This document shows positions 1-11,764 of a DNA stretch of 64,000 nucleotides, piece by piece; position 1 is the stretch's first letter; every line of letters starts with the position of its first letter. The stretch is from Naegleria gruberi (lineage: Eukaryota). The notes beneath the pieces are model-generated. The model was not told the origin of the DNA. It did no database searches and saw only the letters and a program-made list of their open reading frames with translations. Location: assembly GCA_000004985.1 (NCBI GenBank), contig GG738878.1. One strand, written 5' to 3'. Position numbers and translations under genes: made by a program.

Positions 1-117
1 TGATCCTCTTAGTGTAACATGTGCTTTTACTTTTAAGGGTGATGAAAATTTTTATGTGTCAAAGTCAAAGTCTCAACATGATAATGATTTTATTCAGTCA
101 ATTGTGAAGAAGGAATT

Positions 118-825
118 TTGAATAATGAATATCAGCTTTGGATAGTTGCAAGATATGTAGCCCCAATTCCACAACCTTCCGCTTTGCATTCAATTCATCC
201 ACAACCAAGCACTAGTCAACCAAAACCATCACCAACACCTTTGAATTCGTTTGAAAGAGAAAATGGAATTCCATTAGAAAGTGGTTCAACTTTTTCAAGA
301 ACTATTGATCGTGGACAATCGATTCTCACATCTATTGAGCTGAATTTTGGAAATCGATTGACTATTTCTTTTAGTTCATTGAGTGGTCAATCGATGCAAT
401 TATTTGTTGGTACTGATTTTAAACCTAATTCACAACTCTTCACAACAATTATGGATTCAAACCAAGTCATCTTCTTAACCAATGTTCAGTCAGCTAGCCA
501 AACAATTTACATGTTAATTCAAGGACCATTGACTGATGGACAAGCTCAATTCACAATTCTTCCACTAATCACCTCAATTCCTCCTAGAGAATCAAGCAAC
601 AATCCAGTTATCCAGAACAGCAACGACACAACTTTATTCACAGTTGCAATAATTATCTTGACACTCATCATTGTCATTCTTTTGATATTTGGTCTGGGAA
701 TGGGAATTTATATGAGAAAACAATTTCTTGTCAGGAAGAATAGTGAGGAAAGAGTTGAACTTGTTCCTTTACACATTAAGCTAAATCAAGATCAAGTCAA
801 TAATAGTTACCATAATGAATTGTAA
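118..825 (+). CDS. hypothetical single-pass membrane protein; likely the 3' part of a gene that starts upstream of the window
   Basis: The ORF is 235 aa. Its N-terminal region is rich in S/T/P/Q. It has one clear TM helix (VAIIILTLIIVILLIFGLGMGIYM) followed by a basic stop-transfer segment (RKQFLVRKN). A second open frame (DPLSVTCAFTFKGDENFYVSKSKSQHDNDFIQSIVKKEF) runs from nt 2 to 117 in another phase, so an upstream exon or intron is plausible. No family assignment is possible. Confidence 0.3.
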   Translation: MNNEYQLWIVARYVAPIPQPSALHSIHPQPSTSQPKPSPTPLNSFERENGIPLESGSTFSRTIDRGQSILTSIELNFGNRLTISFSSLSGQSMQLFVGTDFKPNSQLFTTIMDSNQVIFLTNVQSASQTIYMLIQGPLTDGQAQFTILPLITSIPPRESSNNPVIQNSNDTTLFTVAIIILTLIIVILLIFGLGMGIYMRKQFLVRKNSEERVELVPLHIKLNQDQVNNSYHNEL

Positions 826-978
826 TACTTCTTTCCAATGATAATAAAATATTCTTCAAATATATGTTAAATATATCAGTTCCAAACCAGGATCAATAAA
901 AGGTTAATTTTACAAATTTTATTCATCTTTTGAAATAAGTTAAAATATCTTTACAAATAAGAATACAAAAATTATCAT

Positions 979-2368
979 TTAGAATTGTTCTCCATTTCTG
1001 TTGGCCCATTCTATCACTTCTTGGTAGAACATGTACTTGAAAGTGTTAGAGTCAGCCTTCTTTTCAATGTCAATTTCAATCTTTTCTGGGTGTGGTGTCA
1101 AATTAATGTACTTGTTACCCTTCAAGAATGGATGATTAACAGCTTCATCAAATGAAATACGTTTTTCTGGATTCCATATCAAGAATTTTCTCAACAAATC
1201 AAGAGCTTCAGGTGGTGAAGATGTGAAAATTTGTTTCAAATCCAAACCATCACTTGGGTAGAGACCAAATAAACGTTCGAAATATTTTACACCATTAGCA
1301 GTTCCCTTAACATCACTCATTTCTGGTTTACCCAAAAGTGATACAATCAAGTTCAAGTGTTCCTCAATACCTTGAATGTTAGCTCCTGATTTACGAGCAA
1401 CAAAGAGTGGTCTTCTTTGTGGTTTTGGAGGAAGGAGATATAACAATTCAGCAAATATACAACCAGCAGACCAAGCATCAATGGCAGAGCTTTGAATTTC
1501 ATATTGCAGAATAACTTCTGGTGGACGATAATATCTAGTGACAACGTACATGGACTCTGGATTGGTTACTGAATCACTTTCTTCCTTTGTACTAAGACCA
1601 AAATCACACAATCTAAATTGTAATTCATCTCCATTATTTCCAACAAGAATATTACTTGGCTTGAGACTGTTAATGATGATCGTCATTGTGTAATAATAAT
1701 TATTAGAAATTATTAACATGAATATTGTAGCAACAATTAAAGCAAATCATGAATAAATAAAAGATTAATATGATAATATTGATGTAAAAGTAATACAATA
1801 TGTTCGGAACAAGGAAATACTAAAAAACTACTTACTCACGATGCAAAATACCAGCACTGTGCATATAATGCAAAGCACTCAACAATTGACACATAATATC
1901 CTTGATACCTTCCATAGAGATACCTCCTTCTTGGACCTTTTGAGACATTAATTGTTTCAAATCACCTCCATTCATCATTCCCAATACAATATACAAGTCA
2001 TTCATTTCTGACAATGTTTGACCAGGTACGAAAATATCAATTAATTCAACAATGAAAGGATGTCCTCTCAAGTGTTTCATAATTAAAACTTCACGTAACA
2101 TTCTGTATGGAGCAACATTGAAAACATCTCCAATTTTCTTTATAGCAACTAATCTGTTGCCATGTTGACGATCACGAGCAGCAATAACAATACCATAACC
2201 TCCTTGACCTAGAATACAAATTTGACCAGTTTGTTCATCTCTAACAGGTTCATAACGTTTAGGGAGAGTTACAGTTGTAGTGCTATCCACATTGTAAGAA
2301 ACTAGTTGTTTTTGATATAATGGAAGTGGAAGTTGTTGTGTTGGTGAAGGGGTATCATCGAGCATCAT
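979..2368 (-). CDS. CMGC-group (MAPK/CDK-like) Ser/Thr protein kinase, about 407 aa; two exons with an intron at roughly 1667..1835
   Basis: Exon 1 (2368..~1836) carries the glycine loop GQGGYG, the VAIKK lysine and ends in HR. Exon 2 (~1666..979) starts DLKPSNIL and carries DFG, VVTRYYRPPE and a MAPK-like C-lobe (LDLLRKFLIWNPEKRISFDEAVNHPFL). The minus-strand donor is CATCGTGA|GTAAG and the acceptor is ATTAACAG|TCTCAAGCC. Splicing restores the HRDLKPSN catalytic loop in phase. Confidence 0.8.
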
Positions 2369-2980
2369 TTTCCAATGTATTTATATTATTAAATAATAAT
2401 ATTATATGAGCAATTAATCCAACAATGAATGGTGAACTGTGTGGATGATCAAAAAGTGAGTTGAAAAACAAGATTCAAATTATTTCAATGATGATGCCAC
2501 TGTTATTATTATCTTGTTGTATATTTGTTCGTCTATATGAAAAAGCAACAATTAGAGAGGAGATACACAATAATTGATGGTGTATGAAAAATTAATACAA
2601 AAATTCCTCCGTATGGAATATCGAAAAAGTTGTGAGTTTTTTTTTGTGATTTTTTCTAAGATCGATTGATGGCTAACATGAACTTGCTGAGGAACACTTG
2701 ATTTACCGCCAACAGAAAAAAATCCGTAAACAAGGTTGATTAGAAATGCCTTATTATCTTTGTTGGGAGTCATTTTGATTAAAAAGATTAAATATTAGAT
2801 AACATGTAATTGTTATTATTATTTGATGATTTGCAGAGCAATTATTATTATCATTCCTGCTACATGTAGAGGTGAAGTGAATTACAAGAAATCAAAAGGT
2901 TTACAAATGATTCTTACGTATTAAAGGTTGGTTGAAAAGAATCCTTCCATTCAATAATAATATGTGTTATTCTCTACCAG

Positions 2981-4269
2981 TTACCACCAAGGAACGAATC
3001 GGAAGGGTTCATTAAGGATCTTTTCATTTCTGAAGGAGTATAACTTGGATAATTCTTGTTGGGGGTAGACTGTGATTGGATTTAAATCATTGGTACTAGT
3101 TGAAGTGGAGTTTTTGCTTTCCAATTTCTTGAGATTTTCCTTGGCATCAGTTTGTAATTGTGAGAGCATGTCTTCTTTTCTGTAGAAGCGTTCATAGCAC
3201 CATTCATTGAATTGTTTCTCATCATGATGTGGAACGGTGTTGATTGGAATCTTTTTGATATTGACACAAATCTTGGTTCCTTTCAGACGTTTCATCAATA
3301 ATTCAGGAGCTCCCAAAACAGGGAATGCCTTATTGACGATTGAGGAAGCAACTTTCTTGTCATTCACTGCCTCTTTTCTACACGATTCAATGTATTCCCT
3401 AGTTGGTGGATATCCAATTGTCACGTCATAAATATATTTAATTCCATTGTCCTTTTCCACAGATAGATCAATATTTGCATTTTCCTGCTGAGTGGTAATT
3501 GCCTTAATCATCATTCCAAGTCCTTTCACTCTTGGAAGGACAACTTGATTTAATTCCCTCAATTTTCTCTCTCTGGCAAATTCATTTGATTTGGTAATAT
3601 TATTTTGGGTGATACGTGTTCCTTCAGGGAAAATCAAGACATAGCTTGGAATATTATCCTTCATTACAGAATTCACTGAATCTGCAATAGATTGTTGGTC
3701 TTTTTGCCAATTTCTATCCAAAACAATTTGTTTTCCTTTAATAATATCAAATAATAATACATTCCAATAATTATTTTCACATATCCACAAATCAATCCAA
3801 ATAAGTAATAATAATAGTAAAATAGGAAAATGAATTCAAACTCACCTAAAATTAACCCAGGAAAACCAAGGAATGGAATGATGAGTAAATCCTTCTTTGC
3901 CAAGAATTTCAAAAATCCCAACAATCCCTTTCTATAGGCAATACATGCCAACACTAGGAAATCAACATTACTCACATGATTACACATGACAAGTGCACTC
4001 TCCTTCTCTTTAATTTCATCTCCTGAAAATTCCAACTCACAACCAGCATAAACCTCTATGAAAAAGACAAACCAATAGAAACCCAATCCACTCACGCTCA
4101 AATTCAATACCTTGATGAATCTGGCAATTCTTGGATGTACTCTTCCGATAGTGTGGAGTAACAGCCAACAAGTAATTTGTGGAATGTTAATTGCCATGAA
4201 AATGTACAGCAGAAAAACAATTACCAACAGTGCAGACAGTACAGCACTGATAATCTTTTGCAATTTCAT
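2981..4269 (-). CDS. 1-acyl-sn-glycerol-3-phosphate / lysophospholipid acyltransferase (AGPAT/LCLAT-like), about 393 aa; intron at roughly 3736..3845
   Basis: It has N-terminal TM helices. Acyltransferase motif I is NHVSNVD in exon 1. Exon 2 carries motif II (VLDRNW) and motif III (FPEGTR). The donor is TTAG|GTGAGT and the acceptor is TTATTAAAG|GAAAAC. Joining is phase-consistent. Confidence 0.75.
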
Positions 4270-4709
4270 CTTGTTCCGTTTTGAATGTTCTTTGCTTTGA
4301 AAACAGTTGATTTACCCACTTTGAAATCACAACCTGGACCAAATGAGTGTGATGACGTCTTGTTTTTTTTGGGTTGAGACTTCAATCAGCATTGAGTGTC
4401 TCTTGAAGGGTATTCATTGCTGTGGAGATTTTAATATGTCCATTTGAGAGAGATTTAAATTTTCCGTACATAAGGAACGAAGTAATGGAGTATTATTAAT
4501 CTTCAAGGTGGCCACTAAGGAGATTTGGGTTTTAGCAGCCAAGTTGTCGTATATTGATGTTTTAGTACTATTGGCAGTATGGATATGTGTAATAATTATG
4601 ATTGATCTAAATATTTGAATTGAGAATTTCTATCATTCCAATTGTATAAACCAATCTATCAGGTCCCATCGATAGTAGGAGAGGAGAATTGATACAATGA
4701 TGAATAATA

Positions 4710-5981
4710 CTAATTAGTATTGTTCTTTAATAAATAATTTTCCAAAACTGATAAACCCTCAGCAAAATTTCTTCTTCCTAGTCCAATTCTCAAATGTTTA
4801 TCGTCCATTCTATTGTAAACAGTTGAAGGAAGGAGTAAAACTCCACAATCTCTATTCACTCTTTCACAAAATCTGAAACTTCCCTCCTTCCAATCTTTGA
4901 AATGAATGTAACCAATAGGTCCTGCACGAGGAGGAATCCACTCAAATATATGATTAGCCCTTTTTGTGAAAAACTCTTCAGCCAATTTGAAATTCGTTGC
5001 AATAATTTCTCGATTCTTTGTGAGAATTTGGTCTGATTGTTTGAGAGCAATTTTTGAAAGACATTCCGATGGTGCTGGATTGCAAATAGTTGTAAAATCC
5101 TTTCCCTTGAGTAGAGAATCCAATAATTGCAAATTTTGTGAAACCACCCATCCCGTTCTTAAACCTGCCAAACCATATGATTTAGACATGACATTGAGTG
5201 AAATGGCATTATAATACAAGGATGAAAGTGATGGTATCGATGCATCTGTTTCATTATACTCTAATCCTCGATAAACTTCATCTGAAAATATTAACAAGTT
5301 CTTCTTTTTTGCAATTTCTATAATATAATTAATTTCCTCCAATGTATGCAAGTGACCTGTTGGATTATGGATTGGATTAAGAATAATGGCCTTAGTTTTT
5401 GGTTGAATTAAACTCTCCAATTCGTTCACATCAAAATTCCAACCATTTTTCGTCTTTTTTGCATTCCAAGCACTCACCCTTGTCTTGACTACATGGGAAA
5501 ACTCTGAAAGTGCTTGATATCTAGGTGATTGAATAATCACGTGATCATCCTTCTCTAAACAAGTCATTCCAAACAGTAAAATTGGTTCCACACCACCTGT
5601 GTGAATTAATACATTGGCAGCACCAAGCTTACTCTTATCGTACCACTGTGGGTGAGTGTTAATAATTAAATCTCTCAATTCGTAATCTCCCTTTGATTCC
5701 GTATATCCTAAATGACAATTTAACAGTGCCTGTAAATTATCCTCATCATTTCCTATCAATTCTTTAATACTCATCGATTCACAATCGGAGGAACACAACA
5801 AGTATTTTGATGAAAATTCATACTTGGCAAAGAAGCGTTCCAAAACAAAGGGTTGATCTAATAGACGATTGGAATATTGTCGGGACTGTTGTGATGATGA
5901 TGAAAAGCAAGAAGAAGAAGACTTGCTGATTTTCCTGCACACTACACCGTATGAAGAAATGTTCGACAGCAAGTTTTTCAT
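4710..5981 (-). CDS. class I/II pyridoxal-phosphate-dependent aminotransferase
   Basis: A single 423-aa ORF. The PLP-lysine motif SKSYGLAGLRTGW is typical of fold-type I aminotransferases. The N-terminus is Ser-rich, which may be an organellar presequence (inference). Confidence 0.7.
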   Translation of the reverse strand: MKNLLSNISSYGVVCRKISKSSSSCFSSSSQQSRQYSNRLLDQPFVLERFFAKYEFSSKYLLCSSDCESMSIKELIGNDEDNLQALLNCHLGYTESKGDYELRDLIINTHPQWYDKSKLGAANVLIHTGGVEPILLFGMTCLEKDDHVIIQSPRYQALSEFSHVVKTRVSAWNAKKTKNGWNFDVNELESLIQPKTKAIILNPIHNPTGHLHTLEEINYIIEIAKKKNLLIFSDEVYRGLEYNETDASIPSLSSLYYNAISLNVMSKSYGLAGLRTGWVVSQNLQLLDSLLKGKDFTTICNPAPSECLSKIALKQSDQILTKNREIIATNFKLAEEFFTKRANHIFEWIPPRAGPIGYIHFKDWKEGSFRFCERVNRDCGVLLLPSTVYNRMDDKHLRIGLGRRNFAEGLSVLENYLLKNNTN

Positions 5982-6141
5982 TTTTTTATTAAAAATTTAA
6001 AAAATTAAAATTCTTTTTCCACAGATTCTCAAAGTGTGAAGGATTGAAAACAATGCAAGTGCTGTGGTGAGTGAGCTTTAGAAAGACACTGGTGAAATTA
6101 AATGTGATTATTGTTGAAGTATAGAGTTTTGAAAAGTATTA

Positions 6142-7769
6142 TTATGCAGAACTAACAATGCTCTTTGCAACGCCTTCTACCTTGGCCAGAACTCTCAAAA
6201 AGTTGAGACCCATGATATTCTTTACACAAGTGTCATCATATCCCTTTTGAATGAGGGCAGCTGCGATGGTCATGTGATTGGCAGAGGATTCTGCTCCACT
6301 GGTTGTAAATGGTTGATTTGGATTCTCAAATCCTTGTCCAATTCCAACATATTCACAGCTATTGGTGATTGTTTTGACATAGTCAATGTGTTCAACAATG
6401 TCATCAACACTGGCTCTTGAGGATGATGAGCTAATTTCCCATTTAATCATTTTCATTGTGGCTTCTTCAGGAGTGGTTGAATTGTCAGCCTTGAATTTGT
6501 TAAATTGCAATCTTTCCTTATTGCTGAGTTGGAGTGGATTTTGAGAAATAATGACAAGTCCTTGATTTTCCTTGATGAGAAGTAGAACTTCATCAGAGAG
6601 GTTGTCTTCATGGCTTGATAGATATTTAGAACCAGTAGAAGAGATGATGACTGGTGCAAAGGAGACTGAAAGAGCAGAGGTAATAGCACTCTCAGTACAA
6701 TGTGCCAAATCAATAACCATTCCAAGTTTGTTCATTCCAATAATTATTCTCTTTCCAGGTGTGCTCACTCCATTTGTATATCCTCCAATGGTCTTATAAT
6801 TTGAAGATTGAATGAATTTGTTTGGACATTTTTGAGAGGCAAGTGTCATGATACGAGCTCCTGCTGTATAATAGTATTGCAACACTTCCAATGAATCTCT
6901 AATAGTATGTCCACCATCAATGTGTGTCAGAACAGAAATCTTTCTAGTCTTGAATACTTTGTTAATTTCACCACTGGCATGTACTTCACGCATTTCATTA
7001 GAATGTTGTTTTACAATATTTTCTCTAATGAGATCCATTTGTGAGACAGTTCTAGCAAAGATGGTTGTTTCATTACAATCAGAACTTCCACCAGTTGTCA
7101 ATACTAAAACACTAACATTTCCTACTTGTAATTTTGGGATATTTGTTGTCAGAGTAAGTTGGTGATCCTTGTATAAATTGACTAATGAATCTCTAGTTGG
7201 AGAATTGGTCAAGTTCAATAATGAATCGAACTGCTTCCATTCCATTATTTTCGATAATTTATATGGTAAATAATTGGTATATTCTACAAATGGTACATAA
7301 TCTGTGGCAATTGCTTTGGCTCTAAATATTCATCATCAATCATCAAATAATTATTATTAAATTAAATAATAATAATAACAGGTAGATAAATTATTAATAA
7401 ATTATCAATACTCTAATTATTACTCTAAATTCCTTACCTATCATATGGATTAACTGGTAATAACAAGGCTGATGCCGATAAAAAGGAAATGACAGGAATG
7501 AGCACCGAAATGATCGTTATCAACATGAGCAATGAAACTGTACAATACAAGATATATCTTCTAATTTGCTTTCTCAAGGCTTGAGAGGAAAGTCCTTGCT
7601 CGGAATCTGAATTTCTCATCAAACACAATAGTAAACATTTTAAAATTGCCAATGGTGTAAAATTTGTCTCTACTCTCCGATCCAGATCAAACTCTTCATC
7701 ATCATTGTTTTGCGTTCTTTGATTTGTTGTTGTATTATCATCAATTAATCGACTTGGTTGTAAATCCAT
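6142..7769 (-). CDS. membrane dipeptidase (peptidase M19, DPEP-like) with an N-terminal signal-anchor exon; about 504 aa; intron at roughly 7322..7437
   Basis: The body ORF (6142..7321) aligns to renal dipeptidase: TNIPKL, HIDGGHTIRDSLEVLQYYY (the EGGH region), MVIDLAHCTES..APVIISSTGS (the DLSH/His region). The upstream ORF at 7434..7769 ends ...PYD-AG|GTAAGG (phase 2). The acceptor TATTTAG|AGCC restores the frame as PYD-R-AKAIATDYVPF... Exon 1 encodes a hydrophilic N-terminus plus one TM (YILYCTVSLLMLITIISVLIPVISFL). Confidence 0.7.
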
Positions 7770-7920
7770 TTTTTTGTATTTTTATTATTAGATTCTAATT
7801 GAATCATTTTCAAACTGTTTAATTCATCAATTAATTGATAAAGAATGAGTTGAATGAAACATGATATTTATGTATCATTGTCATATTACAAGAATTTAAT
7901 TTTGAAAATTTACAAAATAT

Positions 7921-8529
7921 TTACAAAATGGTACAACAAGTTGATTTTCTAGTTTTTCTATAAAAATCTTTAGCTCCATCCGATAATTCATTGGTTTGTT
8001 CAATGAGCTTATCAATATGAGTTCCTCGTTCCAATAATTTATCAAGAGTTTGATGGAGAACTTCCTTAGTGTCTTCGATATCTTGTTTAAGCTTATACAT
8101 GGTGTCTCCTTTGGTTGGATCTTGATATTTGGTCATGAGTTCTTTGAGTTGGGCATTAAATTGCGAACATTCATTGTCCTTTGTGAATGTTGTGAAGGAA
8201 GACTTCATCAACCAATCTGAGAATGCTCTCAAAGTATATCTAACCAAATCAAAAGCCACTCTTAATGGATAATCCTTATCAGTGACCAATACACAACTCA
8301 TTCCTTCCTTTGTTTTTTGTACATAACCAACCAAATCATCCTTTTCAACTTGTTGTCTCAACCCAGGTTGAGTCTTTTCTGCCAATAATTTAGCCAAAAA
8401 GACTGTAATTTCTGTGATTTGATCAGTATAGAAGAAACTATACCATCCACTATCTACATTACTACTCAACACTAAAGGTTTGCTTGAATGTTGTTGTTTC
8501 AAGATGAATAATCCGTAAATTTTGACCAT
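7921..8529 (-). CDS. YKT6: R-SNARE Ykt6 (longin domain + SNARE motif + C-terminal CCTIL lipidation box)
   Basis: The ORF is 202 aa. The N-terminus MVKIYGLFILK is longin-like. A SNARE heptad region follows (QDIEDTKEVLHQTLDKLLERGTHIDKLIEQTNELSDGAKDFYRKT). The terminal CCTIL matches the CCAIM-type double-cysteine prenyl/palmitoyl motif of Ykt6. Confidence 0.85.
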   Translation of the reverse strand: MVKIYGLFILKQQHSSKPLVLSSNVDSGWYSFFYTDQITEITVFLAKLLAEKTQPGLRQQVEKDDLVGYVQKTKEGMSCVLVTDKDYPLRVAFDLVRYTLRAFSDWLMKSSFTTFTKDNECSQFNAQLKELMTKYQDPTKGDTMYKLKQDIEDTKEVLHQTLDKLLERGTHIDKLIEQTNELSDGAKDFYRKTRKSTCCTIL

Positions 8530-8938
8530 TTTCTTCCTTCTCCGAGAATTGTTGTTGATTTGTTTTTAATTATTTTCCGTTATAATATTAAATTATAATA
8601 TTTATCAAAATTGATCTTCTATTTGTTATTCCTTTTCACCAACAATAACACAAGCTCTCTCGCTATTAATATTTATATTATTACTATGATGATAATAAAT
8701 GTTTAATACGATTCTAAAAGATCTTCCTAATGTGTACGCTTTAACGTTCTTTTTCTTTTTTTTTGCTTCTAATTTCCCTCCAAACTGCATATGCTGGTGA
8801 AGTTTCTGAAACATTTTCAACGTTCATATAGTATTGTAAATGACGTAATGGAAAGGAATCAATAATTGCTGCTTTGAAAATAAGTTGTCCAGATGTAGAG
8901 CTAGATGTTTATTGTGAAATTGCATTGTTCTGCGTCAA

Positions 8939-9703
8939 TTAAGGACGGTACATGACATCTGATCTGAGAATGTACTTTTTACAATTTTCGTCTCCTTCAA
9001 CTTCCAGACCTTCGTGTAAGAGTTGTCTTACATCTTGCTCAAATACACAAACAGTTCCAGTTTTTGGTTTAATACGAGCTTGGAAACCCTTCTCTAGAAA
9101 GACGGTCTCTCCTCCCTCAAAATCATCATTCAAATAAACCATGAATGTAAAGAAACTTTTACAATTGTTGGAATGATTGGCAGCATCTACGTGAGGTCCA
9201 AATTTGTGACCGAATTTCTTGTGGAGATACTTGATGTATCGAATCATGGGATTGAGGCCTTGAAGAGGTCTGTCAATTCCAGAAACTTTGTAAGATTGTG
9301 GAAGAAAGTCTCGACTTCTTTCGAATAGAATTTCAGAGAGCTTCTCATCCATGATTGATTTTCTAAAGCAATGACGATTTCCACTCAACTTGAAATCAAG
9401 TCCAACCGTTTCCATTGCTTTAATCATTAGTTGGCATTCGTCTGATGAAAAACAATTTTCTATTAAAAATCCAGTTAACCCCATTCGATTATTTGGAAAC
9501 AAATCTACAACTTTAATTTGAGTCTTATCATAATTCTCGAATATTTCAGCAGAAATGTGATCCGAAAGAGTTTCAACTTTATGAGATGAAAAATTATACG
9601 AAAGTGGAATTTCCTCTTCATATTTAAATCCAAAATCTTCTTTCAGTTCCGAAGTTTGATATTCATCAATCCATGATGAATCCTCTTCTTTAATTGTTGA
9701 CAT
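8939..9703 (-). CDS. 2-oxoglutarate/Fe(II)-dependent dioxygenase (prolyl 4-hydroxylase-like, P4Hc)
   Basis: The ORF is 254 aa. The HxD iron motif is GPHVDAANH. A distal His lies in LLHEGLEV and a basic residue (RSD) sits near the C-terminus, consistent with the P4H/PKHD double-stranded beta-helix fold. Confidence 0.65.
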   Translation of the reverse strand: MSTIKEEDSSWIDEYQTSELKEDFGFKYEEEIPLSYNFSSHKVETLSDHISAEIFENYDKTQIKVVDLFPNNRMGLTGFLIENCFSSDECQLMIKAMETVGLDFKLSGNRHCFRKSIMDEKLSEILFERSRDFLPQSYKVSGIDRPLQGLNPMIRYIKYLHKKFGHKFGPHVDAANHSNNCKSFFTFMVYLNDDFEGGETVFLEKGFQARIKPKTGTVCVFEQDVRQLLHEGLEVEGDENCKKYILRSDVMYRP

Positions 9704-9916
9704 TTTTTTTGATAACTATAATTATGGAAAGGTTCATTTACAAATTGCATAGTTTTCTTCACAGCAGTACTCAATAACATCTTTGTAAAATTGACTCAAT
9801 TTCAGTTTAGCACAGGCCAGAAACTTATTTTGATAAGTAATCTCAATGTTCCACATGTAAATAGAGTGTTTTCATTTGGTATTCATAAAGACATATTGCA
9901 ATATTCACCTTACAAA

Positions 9917-11095
9917 TCATTCAAACTGAAAATAGCAATCAGTGAGTATTGATCGATTTTGAAGATAAGTAGCTAACTTGGGATAAATGACTGCTGAAAA
10001 TGTTTTGTAAAAAACAACTGTTCTTGAGTGTGCAGTAACTTGATAATTGTTTCCAGGAATTCCATCAAATTCTTTTGAAGCATCCACCACATATCTCACA
10101 TTATGACAATTGCTTATCGCATAAAATAATCCATTGAATTCAATAAAGAATATATCCTTAATATATCTAATCTTTGCATTGTCTATGTTGGATTCAGAAA
10201 ATTGTGGATAAGAGCTCAACAACTGTTTCAAATTCTTATATTCCATCATTGCTCCATATAACCTGTAATTCTCACAAGTTGGAGTAGTGTTTGCAAATCT
10301 CACTACCGTACAATCGTATCCTCCAAAAGCTTCAGAAATTTTCATTTCATAATCAACAGAAAAATGTGCAGTACCCTCCCTATGTGGCATCTGATTACTT
10401 GCATTATCTCCACAAAACATTACAGTATCATCTTCAAATATTACAAAAAATTGAAAACTGGCACATTCAATTTTCTTAATTTTCTTTTCACAACAAAACT
10501 GGCTTACTTGCCAACCCATTACCGTGTGAACAGAATTCACCCAATCCTGACCTGAAATTCTAATATCATGACAATCCAAAACGATTATTGTAAAGGAAAA
10601 ACATGATGCAATATGTGTAATTTGCTGTCTAAATCCATTGACGGTCGGAGGAGTGTACAGGAGAGTAAATTTCTCCGTACCATCCTCATTCATACAATGA
10701 CTATTACCTAATCCAAAACAATCATGGGCCGAAATGCCACTTCCATAGAGATAAGTATTATTGATCTCATCACGAACCAAATAAAGTGTTGATCCCTCGG
10801 AAAATGTTGAAATATCTTCAATAAATAATTTTCCATCATTTGTATGGGTAGTGTCGAGAAGATAAGGAACTTGTATTATGCTGCTATCAGCAAAATCATC
10901 ATATTTGAAAATATAAACCTGACCACTCTCCGATAAGATGACTACATTTGTCTGATTGACCTCTACTTTTTTAATTCTCTCAAAATCAGGAATTTTAATG
11001 GTTGTGCAAGTATTCAGATTTACAATATGAAATGGTTCTTGGTGATTGGTTGGTGTTCTATCGTTGTAGCTATAGTGGTGGTAGATTTTGAGCAT
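9917..11095 (-). CDS. hypothetical protein, possibly a degenerate RCC1-like beta-propeller repeat protein
   Basis: The ORF is 392 aa. It has weak RCC1-repeat-like motifs (LYGSGISAHDCFGLGNS, MFCGDNASNQM, VYIFKYDD). No confident family call. Confidence 0.3.
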   Translation of the reverse strand: MLKIYHHYSYNDRTPTNHQEPFHIVNLNTCTTIKIPDFERIKKVEVNQTNVVILSESGQVYIFKYDDFADSSIIQVPYLLDTTHTNDGKLFIEDISTFSEGSTLYLVRDEINNTYLYGSGISAHDCFGLGNSHCMNEDGTEKFTLLYTPPTVNGFRQQITHIASCFSFTIIVLDCHDIRISGQDWVNSVHTVMGWQVSQFCCEKKIKKIECASFQFFVIFEDDTVMFCGDNASNQMPHREGTAHFSVDYEMKISEAFGGYDCTVVRFANTTPTCENYRLYGAMMEYKNLKQLLSSYPQFSESNIDNAKIRYIKDIFFIEFNGLFYAISNCHNVRYVVDASKEFDGIPGNNYQVTAHSRTVVFYKTFSAVIYPKLATYLQNRSILTDCYFQFE

Positions 11096-11202
11096 TTTTT
11101 TTTGATTAATAATTTAAATTGGTTGAGTTGACGGGGAACTTGATTACAAAAATCTCAATATTTATGGTATTTTGTTATTTCATAATAAGGATATCATAAC
11201 TA

Positions 11203-11673
11203 CTACCATTCTCCATATTCCATAATTGCCAAAACAAATAATTGAGGACAATAGACAACATGATGAACAAATCCAAAACCTCCTCCTCCAGTATCAACAA
11301 ATGCTCCTGCATTTAACACTTTAATTTCATCTCTCATTGATTTCCCATATAATTCCTCAACTTTTTCATATAATTCTTGAATCTTTGCCTTATTTCTCAA
11401 ATTTTCATCGTTTAATATGTAATATTGAGTTGTTCCGTATGGATTTTCCATCAGTAATGAAATTTGCACTCCTAAATTTTCAACAGAATGAGTTGGATTA
11501 TTGTCGGAATCATGATTCAAGGAGGATGGAAGTGGTTTTGTAGTCAAATCAAACCATTCAATTTTTCTCTCATCACGAAATTTACGATAATCCCAATATT
11601 CAATGGTCTGATCCTCTCGGATCTCCTCAAAGAGTTTGAGAAGGGAAGGGTCTAGCTGTTGATGTTGAGACAT
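11203..11673 (-). CDS. hypothetical protein (156 aa)
   Basis: A compact ORF with a Gly-rich C-terminal loop (DTGGGGFGF) and good local codon usage. No recognisable domain. Confidence 0.3.
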   Translation of the reverse strand: MSQHQQLDPSLLKLFEEIREDQTIEYWDYRKFRDERKIEWFDLTTKPLPSSLNHDSDNNPTHSVENLGVQISLLMENPYGTTQYYILNDENLRNKAKIQELYEKVEELYGKSMRDEIKVLNAGAFVDTGGGGFGFVHHVVYCPQLFVLAIMEYGEW

Positions 11674-11764
11674 TTTTTTTGAAATGTTTGAAAAAGTTCA
11701 TTTTACTGTTAGGTCTATAAAGTAAATTGAAATTTTACAATTTGAAAAAAGTTTACAATAGTGT

